This document shows positions 49,503-63,420 of a stretch of 64,000 nt of DNA, in pieces. Origin of the DNA: Podarcis bocagei (lineage: Eukaryota); NCBI GenBank assembly GCA_964188305.1, contig OZ076897.1, one strand, 5' to 3'. The notes beneath the pieces were generated by a model. It was not told where the DNA came from and ran no database searches. It was given only the letters and a program-made list of their open reading frames with translations. A program made the translations under genes and the position numbers. Each line of letters begins with the position of its first letter. Position 1 is the first letter of the stretch.

Positions 49503-50030
49503 CAGTGATCATGAGGAATTGGACATACATTGTGACTAAGCTACCATTTAGCCCTATGAGAAAGAAGATTAAGGGCTGAACTTGGGGACAACATCACCAT
49601 TGTAAGAATAAACTTGCCCTCTGGTGTGTGGCTGTGTGGCACTGACAGTCCTTGCAAAGAATCTGCAACAAATGTTTAGTTAATGTTACAGACAACATGC
49701 TGCATTCAGAATGGGCCATTCCTGGCCAAGTGTTTTGAACTAGCCATTTCTCAACAGCTCCTGTTCTAAAACTATATTATAAATCACACACATTTCATTG
49801 TCACCTGCGGAATGAGATAAGGAGCGAAGAGGAGGGTGCCTTTGAATGCATTTGCACTATTTACGTAGTGCATGCACATGCAGGTGTGTGTGTATTTATT
49901 AACCAGTCAGTCTGATGTTTAATGTTTGCCACTATTGTCCATTACGATACAACTAAGAAAAGCAAACCAAGATAATCCAATAATAGATTAAAACAAAAAA
50001 AGATTTCAGAAACAAATATAGATAGTTCAA

Positions 50031-50160
50031 GTGTGGGGAACCTTTGGCCCTCCAGATGTTGCTGAACTAAAACTTACATCGTCCTAACGATGGGCCATAC
50101 TTGCTGGGCCTTGTGGGAGCTGCAGTTAAGACACATCTGGCAGGCCAAAGGTTCCCCACA
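50031..50160. mobile_element. Palindromic hAT/Charlie-like MITE
   Basis: GTGGGGAACCTTTGGCC ... GGCCAAAGGTTCCCCAC inverted ends; related remnants near 28340, 32840 and 58790. Confidence 0.75.
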
Positions 50161-50639
50161 AAGATAGAAAACGCCTGTAAACACAGCCCAAAAGCAAGCT
50201 ACTGTAAAACCAACAGCTTACCTCATTTTTTTGGGGGGGGGTATTTGCTTACAGTGCAAAATAGAACAACTTAAAACAGACGTGAATAATTACAAAATTT
50301 AAGTAGCAAGGTGTTTTTACACTGAATAGTTTTTCCATTGGCAAATTTAAGAAACATACATAAAAGGGTAAACTCTACCATCAGAGTAGAAAACAGAATT
50401 ACTTCTATTTGGAAAAAAGACTGTTATAATTTAAACCCTTGAACTGTTTTTAAGTGTATTAGATGCTGTTTTGTTGCCTTATAATTGCCTTATAATTTCC
50501 ATCCTCATTTTTCTAAACAACTGAGACCAAACTGAGATGGTAAATTCATATTTCTACATTTAAGTGGCTGAGATAAGTACCAGGAGATATGGGTCGCATT
50601 GTCATTAATATGCACATAAAAAAACAGGTCTGTCATTTC

Positions 50640-51550
50640 TTTCCTCCGGCAAACAGCCTTCCCAGGCAGGCAGTGGAAATCCTGGACAGGTGTCTGGGAG
50701 CTGGAGCAGTTTTGGGATGGATGCAGCTGAATAAGCTTAAACTGAATCCTGATAAGATGGAGGTGCTGCAAATTAGGAAGCCATCTGATGGGGCTGGAAA
50801 TACATTGCCAACTATGGGTTGGATTGCATTCCTCCAGTAAAGACCAAGTTTGTAGTCTGCTGGATCTGATACTAATGGGGAATTGCAGGTGGAGCTGATG
50901 CCAAGGAAAGTTTTATACCACCTAAACCTAGAATAGAACCTGTGACCTTATATCAGTCAAACCTAGTTGTGGTTACCCATGGACTAGTTACACCCAAACT
51001 TGACTACTCTGCATGGGATTGACTTTGAAGATGGTTTGGAAACCTCAGTTGGCGCAAAATGAAGCTGCATGAATGAGGGCCAGGAATTCCAAGCACATGA
51101 TACCAGTTTGCACCAGTTGCTCTGGTTACTAGTGTATTTCTGAGCTTAAGTCTAGGTGCTTGTGTAAACTTGGAAAGCCTAAATGGTTTGTGGCTGGCTT
51201 ATCTCAAGGGCCATCTTCCTGTTTTTTAAGATTAACTACCGAGACCCTCCTCAAGTGCCCACAAGTTTGGTTTATGAGGCTGATGCACACAATGGATAGG
51301 GTGGGGTGGGGGGTGGCCCCATGGCTGTGGAACTCCCATCCTATGAAACGATGAGTGCAGGCCTTCAGAAGTGCCTTGAAGACTCATTTGTTTCAATGTT
51401 TTTAAGCCATTGGTTTGGTACTTGTGATTCTAGATTCTATCTTGTTCTTTTTACCACCCAGCTGCATATCTGTTGGATCTATTTCAGAGGTGTATGGGGG
51501 GGCGGGGCGGGCGGGGAGGAGACCAGGCTATAAAAACTATAAATAAATTA
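50640..51550 (+). mobile_element. Degenerate L2 LINE (RT C-terminal region to 3' tail)
   Basis: Encodes LDRCL..AVLGWMQLNKLKLNPDKMEV (WMxxNxLKLNPxKTE motif) and later APWLWNS; ends in TATAAATAAAT. Confidence 0.85.
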
Positions 51551-51699
51551 TGAATGACAATAAAATTTTCTACTAGCGTCAGGGGTTGTAGGGAATTTTG
51601 TGTGCAGTGATCTGATTCATACAAAATATAATGTGTGGGACACACATTACAGCATGATGACATTTGTGGCTCTGGCTGTATCTGATCCTTTGGACTACA

Positions 51700-52050
51700 G
51701 ACAGTTGGGGAAATGGCAAGGTCTTAATCATGCTCTCTGCCCCAAGCAAACTGACCAACATATTAGCTTGCCCACTGGTGCATTAGAAAGCCTACTACTA
51801 AACATTTATATACTGCTTTTGTTGACTTGGCTGTAGCTATCGAGTCAGTTGACAAAACTGGTTTTGGCATAAATTAGTCAATACTAATATTGTCAAGAGT
51901 GTATTATGCTTGCCCCAAGAAGTCCATAATAACATGCCTTCCAGAATAAGAGTGGGGATTTCCAGTTCTCTGGGTGTCACAGTTGCAATTAACTGAAGGT
52001 TGAAACAATGGTGTCCTCTAGCTCCATTGCTCTTGAATCTTTATCTTAGT
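51700..52050 (+). mobile_element. Degenerate non-LTR reverse transcriptase fragment (RTE-X-like)
   Basis: Frames read YTAFVDLAVAIESVD (cf. FVDLxxAFDSV) and LKQWCPLAPLLLNLYL (cf. GxxQGCPLxPLLFNLY). Confidence 0.7.
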
Positions 52051-52445
52051 ACTGCACTTGTGAGATTACCAAACAGCTAAAGAAATGCATATGATATATG
52101 ATTGTCACACCCATAAATAAATTTGTGAAGCAAAGGTTCACAAGTGGAACTGTGCATGTAAACTGATAAATATATAGTTAAATGTGATGATCCTATAGAT
52201 TTAGCTGAACATGAAAATTCCTGTGCATTCAGCTGTGCACTTCTTACCTGAAAGCACTCTTAGAATGCTGGTCACTTCGTGACTTAGGTACTAGATGTGC
52301 ACAAAAATCCGCCTACATATTTAAGGATTTCCTTGGCCTAGGCCAAGATCTGCATGACATCAATCTATGACCCAGAAGGAAGGGTGAAATACAATGTTGT
52401 ACATGTAAGGGCTTGCAAATGATGTGTTGAATTATGCATGGCTAG

Positions 52446-53540
<1,095 letters not shown>

Positions 53541-56500
53541 GTGTGTGTGCGCAAGTGGCACACCCATGCTCACATATATGTTTGGGACTGCCTTTCTACC
53601 AATTTGAAGAAGACCATTAAAAAATACAGCGTACGAGAGAAGACCAAGTGGGTCTAGCCTTTCCAAACAAAACAGTCACATTTCTAAAACAGAAGCATTC
53701 AGTGTTCAAAAAACAACAAGAGAGACAGACAAAGGAAAGAAGAATGACGTTGTTCTCCAGGGCTTGGATGAGGAACATTCAAATGGTGCGGGCAAGGGCA
53801 TTTCCTATCTTATATGCTCCATATTTTATTACGTAGTATTTTCACACTTTATCAACAACAAGGGGAGGTATGTTTCCCTTCCCTATATTACCTATGCATT
53901 CAAGCCCTGACAGCAGCCCGCCTAAAAAATGCAGCAATTTGGATGCTAAGTCCAAAATGGTATTAAAATGCCCAGAAAAGCCATGTGTATGAACACTACA
54001 TTCACTGGCACTTTTTGCTCCCATCCGTTTACCAAGGACGCAGTGAGTGTGCGTGTGTGTGCGTGCGTGTGTGTGTGCAGGTTTCTTCTGGCATATGCAT
54101 GCACAGAGCACACTTGTGTATATATTTTGGTAAAAGGGGACAATAATGCGCAGGTGTACTCACCTTTATCTTCTGCACTATTTTTGCAAAAAAAAGTTTA
54201 AAAAAATTATAAAGAAAGAAAGAAAGAAAATACAAAGTTACATTTCGTAAAGGTGCTTATGACATTAGAACTATGCAACCAAGTTGGTTTGAAACTGTTT
54301 ACCTGAGAGAGAGAGAGAGAAAGAAAGAAAGAAAAAAATATCCAGACTTTAAAAAAAAAATGGAAGTAACATGTTTAATATTTTTTTTCTTCAATGAGAG
54401 ATACTTGAAAGGAACATGTTTGTCCAGCTACTGGAGCCAAACATTTCTATATTTTGTAAAAAAGAGAAAAAAAAGAGGTTTTGTTTTTTTTAAAAAAATT
54501 GTTTACTATTTGCACTACAAACAATGTTCAACCTGTCTAATCCTTATTTAACAAGTAATTTTGGGGTGGGGTGGGTGGTGGGGTGGGAATGTGGTTAGGG
54601 GTGGAAGGGAGTCAAGAGCTGCACTTATTGTGAGCTATACAAGAACTGCTACAGCACACAAAATAGTTATTTTTATTATAATTATTATTATTTTATACCT
54701 TTAAGAGAATAGATGTGTACACCAAAGACATTTATGTGAGCCTCTAAGCAGCCTGTTCTTAGCTAGTGTCATTCATAGGTTAGGATCTGGCTTCAAGGGT
54801 CGTCAGCAAGGCTGGTTGCATTTGGAAGGGTGTAGATGGTTTCTGGGTGAGCCTGTTCAGTGCCCTGAACACAAACCTGAAGGCTAGATTTGGCTGTGCT
54901 ATTCAAGCACCCCTAAACTATCAAGGGTGCTTTGGATCCATGTTCTACTTCAGGCCCAACAATAGCTCAGTTGTGAATCCTTCGTATGTACAGCAGCTGT
55001 ACACTGTTGGAAAACAACTTCCTGTAAGGGTGAATCTATATTTGTATATGTATGTATATATACAGTTTAAGCACTTCAGGCTACACTTTTAATGTTCTTA
55101 AAAACAATGAATGTTTGTGTGCCAAGCACAGTATATTAAATGTCTTTTTCCCAGTGGAGGAAACTTATTTAAAACCACACTACTCTATATGAAAGGAATA
55201 TGATCTCAGTATAAACATAGAAAGGTCTAATTTGGATCCACCTTTGCACCTTTCTCCCGCCCTTATCACTGCTGTATCTAGTAGCTCTTGGATAACTTCC
55301 CAACATATGCACATTATACCTAAAGGGAGCTGAATAGAGACTGTGCACGACGACTGTGGACTGGGCACATTCATGTGAGGGTGTGAAGAATGCGCACAAA
55401 CTGATAGCATGAACTGGAAATTTTGCACATTGTCTGATCAACATGCTTTGTTTCCAAGAGATGGGTGTGCACAAAGAGACAAAGTTAATTGGGTAATGTG
55501 CACATTGTCCTATCAATGGATACGTTCCCCACTTGGAAACAGTGAACAGGCAGTGTACAAGATTTATATAAATGGTGGCTGTGAATATTAACTGGGCAAT
55601 ATGCAAAATGTGTCTGTTCAACACACATTTTCCAAAATCCGTTGTTGATTGTGCAGATTGACTGGGCAATGTGTGAAATCTCCATGTTTTCAATGTGTGC
55701 ATATTCTTCATGGCTTCTGATAAATGTTGAATAATCACTAGTGTATGTATGTAGTGTATGCTTATGCACCAATCAACTCATACTAGCCCCAGCATATGAC
55801 TTTTTAAAATGGTCACATTTAAAAGAATTCTTAAAGCAAAAGCCTTGGTCAGTGCTGAATGTGTCTGAGGAGACACTGTGGAATCTCTAACATAGTGATA
55901 TCAAGGGCACAACTCAAATTGACTTCAGTGGTAGTTAAGATTTTACTCTAAGGGCCAAAGGCCACAAAGCTTTTCTTTCACAAGCAACACTGCAAGTAAA
56001 ACCTCATTGCTTTGAAATAATTCTGTGCCGGCAAATTTGGCTTCTGCAGATAAAGCTTTGCCACTGCTGTCCGCCACACTTTCAGTTTTTGTTGAGATGA
56101 GCTTAAGGAGCCATTAGGCTAGCAAAGCGCTATAATGTTTCTCCTACTTCTGGCACTAGTCAAATTAATTAATTTTCTAGCACAGTTAGGCCCTGTCTAT
56201 ATTGATAAGGGTGGCATGTTAGCACCTTGAGGGCAAGAAAAGCAGGACAATAAAGCAGTCGTAGTCCCACCCCCTCCCTACCCTTTTTGTCAGCCAAAAC
56301 TCGAGCTACCATGATCCAAAGAAGGCAGCGTGTGAGCCTTTTTCTGCGCATGAATTGACAGTGGGGGCGGGAGAAAGAGTGGGCTGGAATGCTGCATTCT
56401 GCATGTGGCAATCACAGGTAGTGCTCATTTCCTAAGATGCAATAGACACCAGCACTCCTAACATCGTGAATCGCCTGTTAGACAGTGAGGAAGAGAGGGT

Positions 56501-59500
56501 GAGAAATGATACACATTTTGAACCTCATAGAACTAGTAAGGAACCTGTATTTCCATCATGGAGAGTGAGGAAGGGATACAGCAGCAAGTGTGCAGCTTTA
56601 AGAAGCAGTTGAGGTTCCTTCATACAGGGTCAGAATGTGGCATGTTCATGGGTGCATGCAAGCACATTTGTGTGCTTGCATGTATCAAATGAGATGCAAA
56701 ATAAAGGGGAAAAAAGAAAAAGAAAGTTTTCCGTTGTCCAGTAAATATCAAAGCACTTGCTTATAGTTACGTAAGTCTAATTTATTCCACAATATTTAGC
56801 CTGCATAGTTCAGCTAGCGGGTTGCACAATTATGTAGGTTTTTTAAAAATAAACAAATTAAAAAGCATTTTCTTTCCCCTTTTCAAAATTTGCAAAGAAG
56901 AATTAGAATTTTAATCTAATTAGACTACATAAAAATGTATTCCATAAAATAAAAAGGCTTTAAAATTTACATTATTCACAGAATGTTTTTTTAAAAGAAA
57001 TAATTAAATAGATAAAAAAGTATTAATGGGGAATGTTCACAAAGAGTGCTCTGAAATTTAAGAAGTGCTTGCTCTTGAATGTTGCTGTGAGAGTATTTAT
57101 TAATTATTTTGGAAGGCAAAGGAAGATTGTAAATGAGGTGACTGAGCTGATATAAATGTAAATCAAATTGGGAACCCTCTATTGTCTTCCCTAGATTTGT
57201 ATTTGGCATTTTAGTTGTATGTGTATTATCCAAGGTTGCCAGAAATTAAAGCCCCCGAGTGAAGTTGAATAGCTACAAGATTTTCACTGAAGGGTAAATT
57301 CCATCAGATATTTTCCTCTTCAAGCAGACGCATTTGGTGGAATTTTTCCTTCAGCAAAGCTCAACACATAGATAAGTCCTCTTAGGGACTAACTGCATCG
57401 TCCTTAGCATTTCCCTTTATTTACTCATGTGAGCAGCTCCAAGGATATAGCTAACAGTACATATCAACTCAAAAATAAGTGCCTGGCTGCAGGATTGCAT
57501 CTTTAAAATACAGTTTTTTGGGTTCTCACATCAGGGAAATCTGGAATGGGAAGTAGCCCAGGTCAGAGGGAAAGAAGTTGGTCAGTGTAGTACAGCTTGC
57601 AATAGCTAGTGTTCAGATCCCTCCCTAGCTTGTCACGGGCAAATACTAACCTACCTCACAACATCCTTGTGGGGTTAAGCCTGCAGTCCTATGCATACTT
57701 ACATGGGAGTAAATCCCACTAAATTCAATGGGGCATATTTCTGATTAGACATGTATGCGATTGTGCTGCAAATGAAATAAGACATACCCATGGTTGTTAC
57801 AGAAGTAATTACCAATAACATCCATAAAGCCACACCTAGTACTAACAGCCCACACCTTTCCTAGTTAATCCCATGTTTCTCACTGTCTCATTGTCATGGA
57901 CAACAGCATTGACAATTTCATGCTAGCAAAAACCGTATTTATGTTAATTTTGTTTAAAAGGTATTTGGAAAAAATCCAATTCCGCTCCAACTGAATGCAT
58001 CCATCCATCCATCTCCCATAGATATTATTAGCTGGCTTTGGAAACCAGAGATACATGTCTCTATGCTCTTCAGTCTAATTTATTTATGCATGATTGTTAA
58101 TGGATGGAGGAAAATAAAAGTTTAGATGTGGTGGATGGTTTTATGGTAAGCATATTGAAAAGAGTGGGAGGTATATAAATTAACAAGCGACTGTTTCTCA
58201 TCCCTTTCCAGTAGCATTCATACATATGCATACCCCATTTCCAAATTTTGAGGGCTTTCTCTCTCCTTCATTTGCTACAGTCAGTCATAGGCTTTTGATT
58301 TTTAGTTATTCAAAGCAGAGGGAGGTGAAAAAGTACAAGGATAAAGAAAATATGAAATTGGTACATTAATCAAGAGTGACTGTAGTTCCAGTACAACAAC
58401 AACAAAAAGAAGATAATTTGTTTTAATTAAATTGGTATGTCTTCAGAGTTTTAAATTGCTACCACATTTGACATGTTCTTAAAGGCCAAACGGCCTTGGC
58501 AACAATAGCGTTTTTTAGGTAGCAATAAGACAAAGTTCGAAGGGTTTTGGTTTTTTTAGAATAAAAAAAGTAATGCATTTGTTTGCTATCCATTGTTAGC
58601 CTTGCTTAAGTTTTCTGCAGGTCATTATAAATACCACGTCCCCAATTGTTGAGAAAATATGAATATGATATAATAACACTTCTTAAGAACTTGATAGCGT
58701 GAGAAGTGTGTCAGTTGCCTTTGGATTAGGAAGAAAGAATGCGTTCATTTGTAAGAATTACAAAGGCTTGGTGTCGAATCTTCTAAAGCAGCCTTCTCTA
58801 ACCTAGTACCTCCCAGATGTTTTAAACTACAGCTCCTTTGTGGACATTCCCCTCTCCCTTTCAGTTTTTGGAGCAAACACCCTGGTTAGTTATAGTAGCA
58901 AAATGGGAGGCACAAATGCCTTCATGAAACTGTAGGGTCTCCTGAACTCTAAACCATGGTTTAGAGATTAGGTAGCATTACACCTATGCCAAGTTGAAAG
59001 GGAGCCAAGTCAAAACCTTGCAGATGCCCAGGAAAAAATGTCTACGACCTTATGAAAGGATGCCTAGCTCTTGACTTCAGTAGGACTGGTCCTATCGCAT
59101 TCTCTCATTACAGCATTGAAACACAGTATTAATTGTATTGAGACGCAAATGCTAACTAAATTTCCCTCACTGGATTATTACAAACATGTAATTTCAAAAC
59201 TAACAGGAGATTGTTGCTGGTGATACTTGCCAAATCTTTGTACAAAATGAACATTTTATCAGTGAGGGAGAGCTACCTCCCTTCTCTCCATTAGCCATAA
59301 CTTTATTTTGACCCTTGTCTCACTGAAGTCAGCTTAACAGAGTTACGTTTTACAGCAAGTCTATCACCTAGATCACAAGCCAGATTCTGATACCTTCACT
59401 TATACTGAATATTTGCAGCCTACAAATTGCCAATCTCTTTAATGCGCTATCAGTATGAGAGGGGGAAGGCCAGAAGCCCTTGTCAACATCATATTTCCTT

Positions 59501-60485
59501 AAGCAGAAGCAATCTACATTTCTACCATATCTCATTATTTATTTATTTTTGATTCAGTGGGGGTTTTTTTGTTTATTTGCAACAATTTAGTTTTGTATTT
59601 AAACTCTTTGAAGGCGAAACTTTGATGATAAAGATATATATGTTGTGTGCGCATGTGCATAAATATACACACAGGTGTACATTTGCCCTGATCCATCGAA
59701 AGCTATCTGTGTGAGAGAACGGGTTTCTCTTGCGGAGGTTTCCCCTCTCTATCTATACCTGCATGTGCTGCAGAGAATGGCAGCAGCCATGCCCAGCCCA
59801 GATCTCCCAGTCAGTGTATACAGGCTGAGTCAAACTACTGCCTTTCTCTTCCCCTCCCGTAAACAGATGATCACGGGATCATGTGCTTGGTGGCAAAGGG
59901 GAACCCTCACAACTAACAGGAGGCGTGGAGCCAAATATGCAGTTCTGCACACGGGGACCTCTGAATCGAGGAAATTATTATATTGGGTTATGCCTGTGTG
60001 TATATACAGAGAAGCACATGCACACATCATTCAAGATATATATATCATTCCACGATATATATATATTGAAAACCAAGATGTTATTACATTTTGTTGGGGA
60101 TTTAAAAAAATGTTTTGTTGCTGTTATTATTGGGTTACATTCCCCCGCCCCGGCATACTACATGCAGTGCTTTAACCAATGTCCATTTGGCTAATGTAAT
60201 TAAAGTTGTTAATTTATATGAGTACATTTCAACTATGTCATTGTTTTCTTAATATTTATTGTGTAGAAGGACTGGTAATTTTTTTATTATTTACAGTATG
60301 TTTTAAGAAGTAACAGTTTGATATGTTCTCCTTCTTGTTTGTGTTAGAAGTTATTTATTTTCATAGCATTCCGTCTGATATTTTATACCTGGAAGGCATG
60401 CAATCTATACTTTGTACAGTTAGCAAGACATTTTCATCAACTCCCAGTAGTTTCTTAAATAAATAAAAGACATGTTTGGAAAAAA
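53541..60485 (+). other. INHBA: Long 3' UTR of INHBA (distal isoform; end approximate)
   Basis: Blocks at ~54230-54310 and ~60160-60470 resemble the recalled human 3' UTR. Overlapping AATAAA hexamers near 60460 are followed by U-rich sequence. Confidence 0.7.
60458..60467 (+). terminator. Distal polyadenylation signal (overlapping AATAAA x2)
   Basis: AATAAATAAA at the end of the conserved-looking 3' block, with U/GU-rich sequence at ~60490-60530. Confidence 0.7.
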
Positions 60486-62090
60486 GAGGTTTTTTAAACT
60501 TTATTTATTTTTAGTTTTTTGTATTGGTTTGGCAGGAGTAACTCCATGCACGTATTGTCAGACTGATAAAGTCATGTTGTATTGTATGAGAAAAAAGACC
60601 AAATTTCTATCTGGTTCAAAAAAGCTGTCCTTCCAAGCAAAGCTACACCAGAGATGGGTCTTCTCCACTGATGACACAATGGGAAAAGCAGAAAGTGTCA
60701 GAAAATGAATCTGGTGGCTCTGCCCCTGTATTATAAATTGCAAAACTATGATAATACATTTTGCATTTTGAGTAAATTTGATATGTTCAATATGTTTGGA
60801 CCAGCAAAGATTGAACTTTGTTCTTGTTGTTTTCATTTTTTTAAAAAAAACATTGCTCTTTCCTAAGCAACAACATCAAAAACCCACAAGTGGATTTAAT
60901 AAAGGGAGTTCCACCTAGCATTGTGTAATGGTCCCTTCATGTATATCTCTGCCACAGAGACTGGGGAGAGTATGAACTAGAACATCTAAGAAACGGATCA
61001 GAACATGAGCCTTCTCCTTACAATTATCCACCAACCCATAAGTACATTTGGGCAGGATTCACACAGCCATCCCTGCCCCACACCTCATTGCATGGTTATT
61101 GGTTGGTTTTCTGTTCAGTCCTAAGGACCCATCACACATTTACATTGTGTATGAATAATAAGTACCGGTATGTAAACATGCTGTTTTTAGTTTTGCTAAG
61201 CTCTTGTCCAAACCAGCCATGGATATTTAATCTTATTTTGACACTAGCAATAAAATAGTGTCTTCCTGAGGTCAGAAGGCTGGCCGATGGCACAAAGAGC
61301 GGGCTGCCCACCCAGCAATTGGCTGCCACTTTCTACAATCCCAGCAGCTGTTGCCTGAGGCAGCCACCACACTCTGCCTAATGGTGCAGCCAACCTAAGG
61401 GTTGGCAAAACAAATGCCCAGTGGGGGCAAAGGCGCTGGGGTGGGGGCACAAAGACAAACCCAGACTGCTCCGACTCAGGAAAGAGAGTTAGTTGTGTGG
61501 TGCAAGAGGCACAAGAGGCAGATTGCTTGGATGACAATCACCTCAGAAGAAATTAAGATTGGGGGGTGGGGGGGATGGGATGGGATGGCTGGTGCCACTG
61601 TTGTTGCCTTCTTCACACCCCTACAGGCAGGGACTTTCCCCAGCTTCTCTGTGTATTCATGCCCCTCCAAGGCCCCACCCCGGGGGACCCAACTAGGCCC
61701 TCCCTGCCTCTCTCCCTCCCTGCTTACCACTCCCATGAGGGACTTGCTTGGCTGGTGGCTACTGTGGCAAAGTGATGGGGGGCATGGATACAAGGGCAGA
61801 AGGGACGCCAGGTCTGCCTCTGGGTATGCCCTGGTGCTGGACGTAGACCTGGGGTGTCCATTCAGCTTCCTTTATTGCTTCCTAGAAAATTACAGAGGTG
61901 TAAGTGTTAGACATCCATCATTCTTATTAAAAAAGAAAGAAGAGGGGAAAGTATAATGCTCAAAATATTTGTCTAACTCCTTTGCACAATGCAAATATTG
62001 TAACTAGAAACTTGGCTGCTTAAGGAGGAGAAAACAATAGTTGGGTGACGAAAGAAGGGCTTCAGAGGGGTAATAACAATTTAGAATGGC

Positions 62091-62170
62091 TAATAATAAT
62101 AATTTATTATTTATTATTTATACCCCACCACTCTGGATGGCTCCCAATCGAATATTAAAAACACAATACA
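62091..62170 (-). mobile_element. L2 3' tip
   Basis: (TAA)n-TTTATTATTTATACCCC..CCACTCTGGATGGCTCCCAA, same family as 36626 and 49399. Confidence 0.65.
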
Positions 62171-63420
62171 GTATATCACATATTCCTCCCACCCAGCAAT
62201 ATAGGGTAGTCTTAACTATTATAAAGAAATGCAGAGTAAGAGAACACAGTGTTTAAATTTAGATCCACTAAGAATTCCCATCACAGCCTTCTCAAGAACG
62301 TTTTAAAATAAAACAAGATTCCAGAGTTCTTAAAGGAAACAAATACTGAAAAAATGAAGTATTTTTAATGCCAATTAATATTACAATGTTTCTAGAAAGA
62401 AATGGAAGACCATTGTTTGATGATAAGAACATCTGTTCATTATTAGAATGTAGCCCAATCTCTATTGCCATTCTGCCTCTTCCTGAAGAGACTATTAGTC
62501 TCGATTAATTGATGTTAAAATGTAGCCTGAAGTTAGTCATACAAATCCTTCAGCTTCTGAGAGTGTGTCCCAGGGGTTACAGGATATATCTAATCTCCTC
62601 CAATACCAGGGAAGACAGGGCTCTGAAATCTAATGACTTCGCCCAACTGCAAAGAACTCCAATGCTGGTAGGGCTACAGGGCTGATCTAAAACTATTCAA
62701 TTCGCCTCCCATGGTTCACAAATAGGAAATAGCCTGTTAAAAGGGGGGGGGGCATTAGAAGAACGAAGGCCTGCAAGAGCACTCCGCTGAACTCACTCCT
62801 ATCCCAGCGCAAGAGCAGGAGGGCTTTGGGTGGGCAGCTAAACTGCCCTCTCCCAACAGCCTTAGCATTTTATTTTTTATAGAGTGGAGGCTTGCCCTCT
62901 AGGGATACTGGGGCACAGTTCTTCCAAGGAGAATGTCAACATAAAAACATAAACCCTACCAAATCTCAAAGCCACTCACTCTACCCTGCCCTCCCCCATG
63001 TTTTATACCTCTGTTTGAACTCAGAGAAGCACTGCAGCATGTCTGTCAATCTACTGCTCATGTCTCTGCAGCACTCAGCCAAAAGCAGAGCTACGGCAAA
63101 CAGTTGCCTCCCATGTGTCTCAAAGCAGAAAAGGTATGTGCTTGTTCAGACTGCCTGAAATTCAGCCTTATGTGGAAGGTTTCAGTTCCATCTCTTGCTA
63201 TTTGGATTAACCAACAGCCACAGAATAAGCCTAGTTGGGCTGCCTGAAGAGTGGTCTGGAGGTGCTCAGAAATGTTTCCTAAGACCATGCCCACACTCCA
63301 GAGCACATTCTTTGCAGCTAGTCAGGTGAAGGGTGTGGTTGCTAGTTTAACAAGCTTGCCTTTTGTTTCATTTATATTTTTTAAACACAGCAGTGGCGGA
63401 GAGATAGTGTGATTATCTTT

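Noticed and set aside
55169-55738. 189-aa antisense ORF as a gene
   Set aside because: Explained by a degenerate nucleotide repeat in the UTR; no domain or splice context.
59675-60175. 166-aa ORF (and the 184-aa ORF at 61402-61956)
   Set aside because: Non-ATG starts and no homology signal; they lie in the 3' UTR and in repeat-like downstream sequence.
62482-62510. CTGAAGA-GACTA-T-TAGTC as a second hammerhead (also CTGATGA at ~60668 and on the minus strand at ~4885)
   Set aside because: Each lacks either the GAAA after stem II or a pairable stem II.
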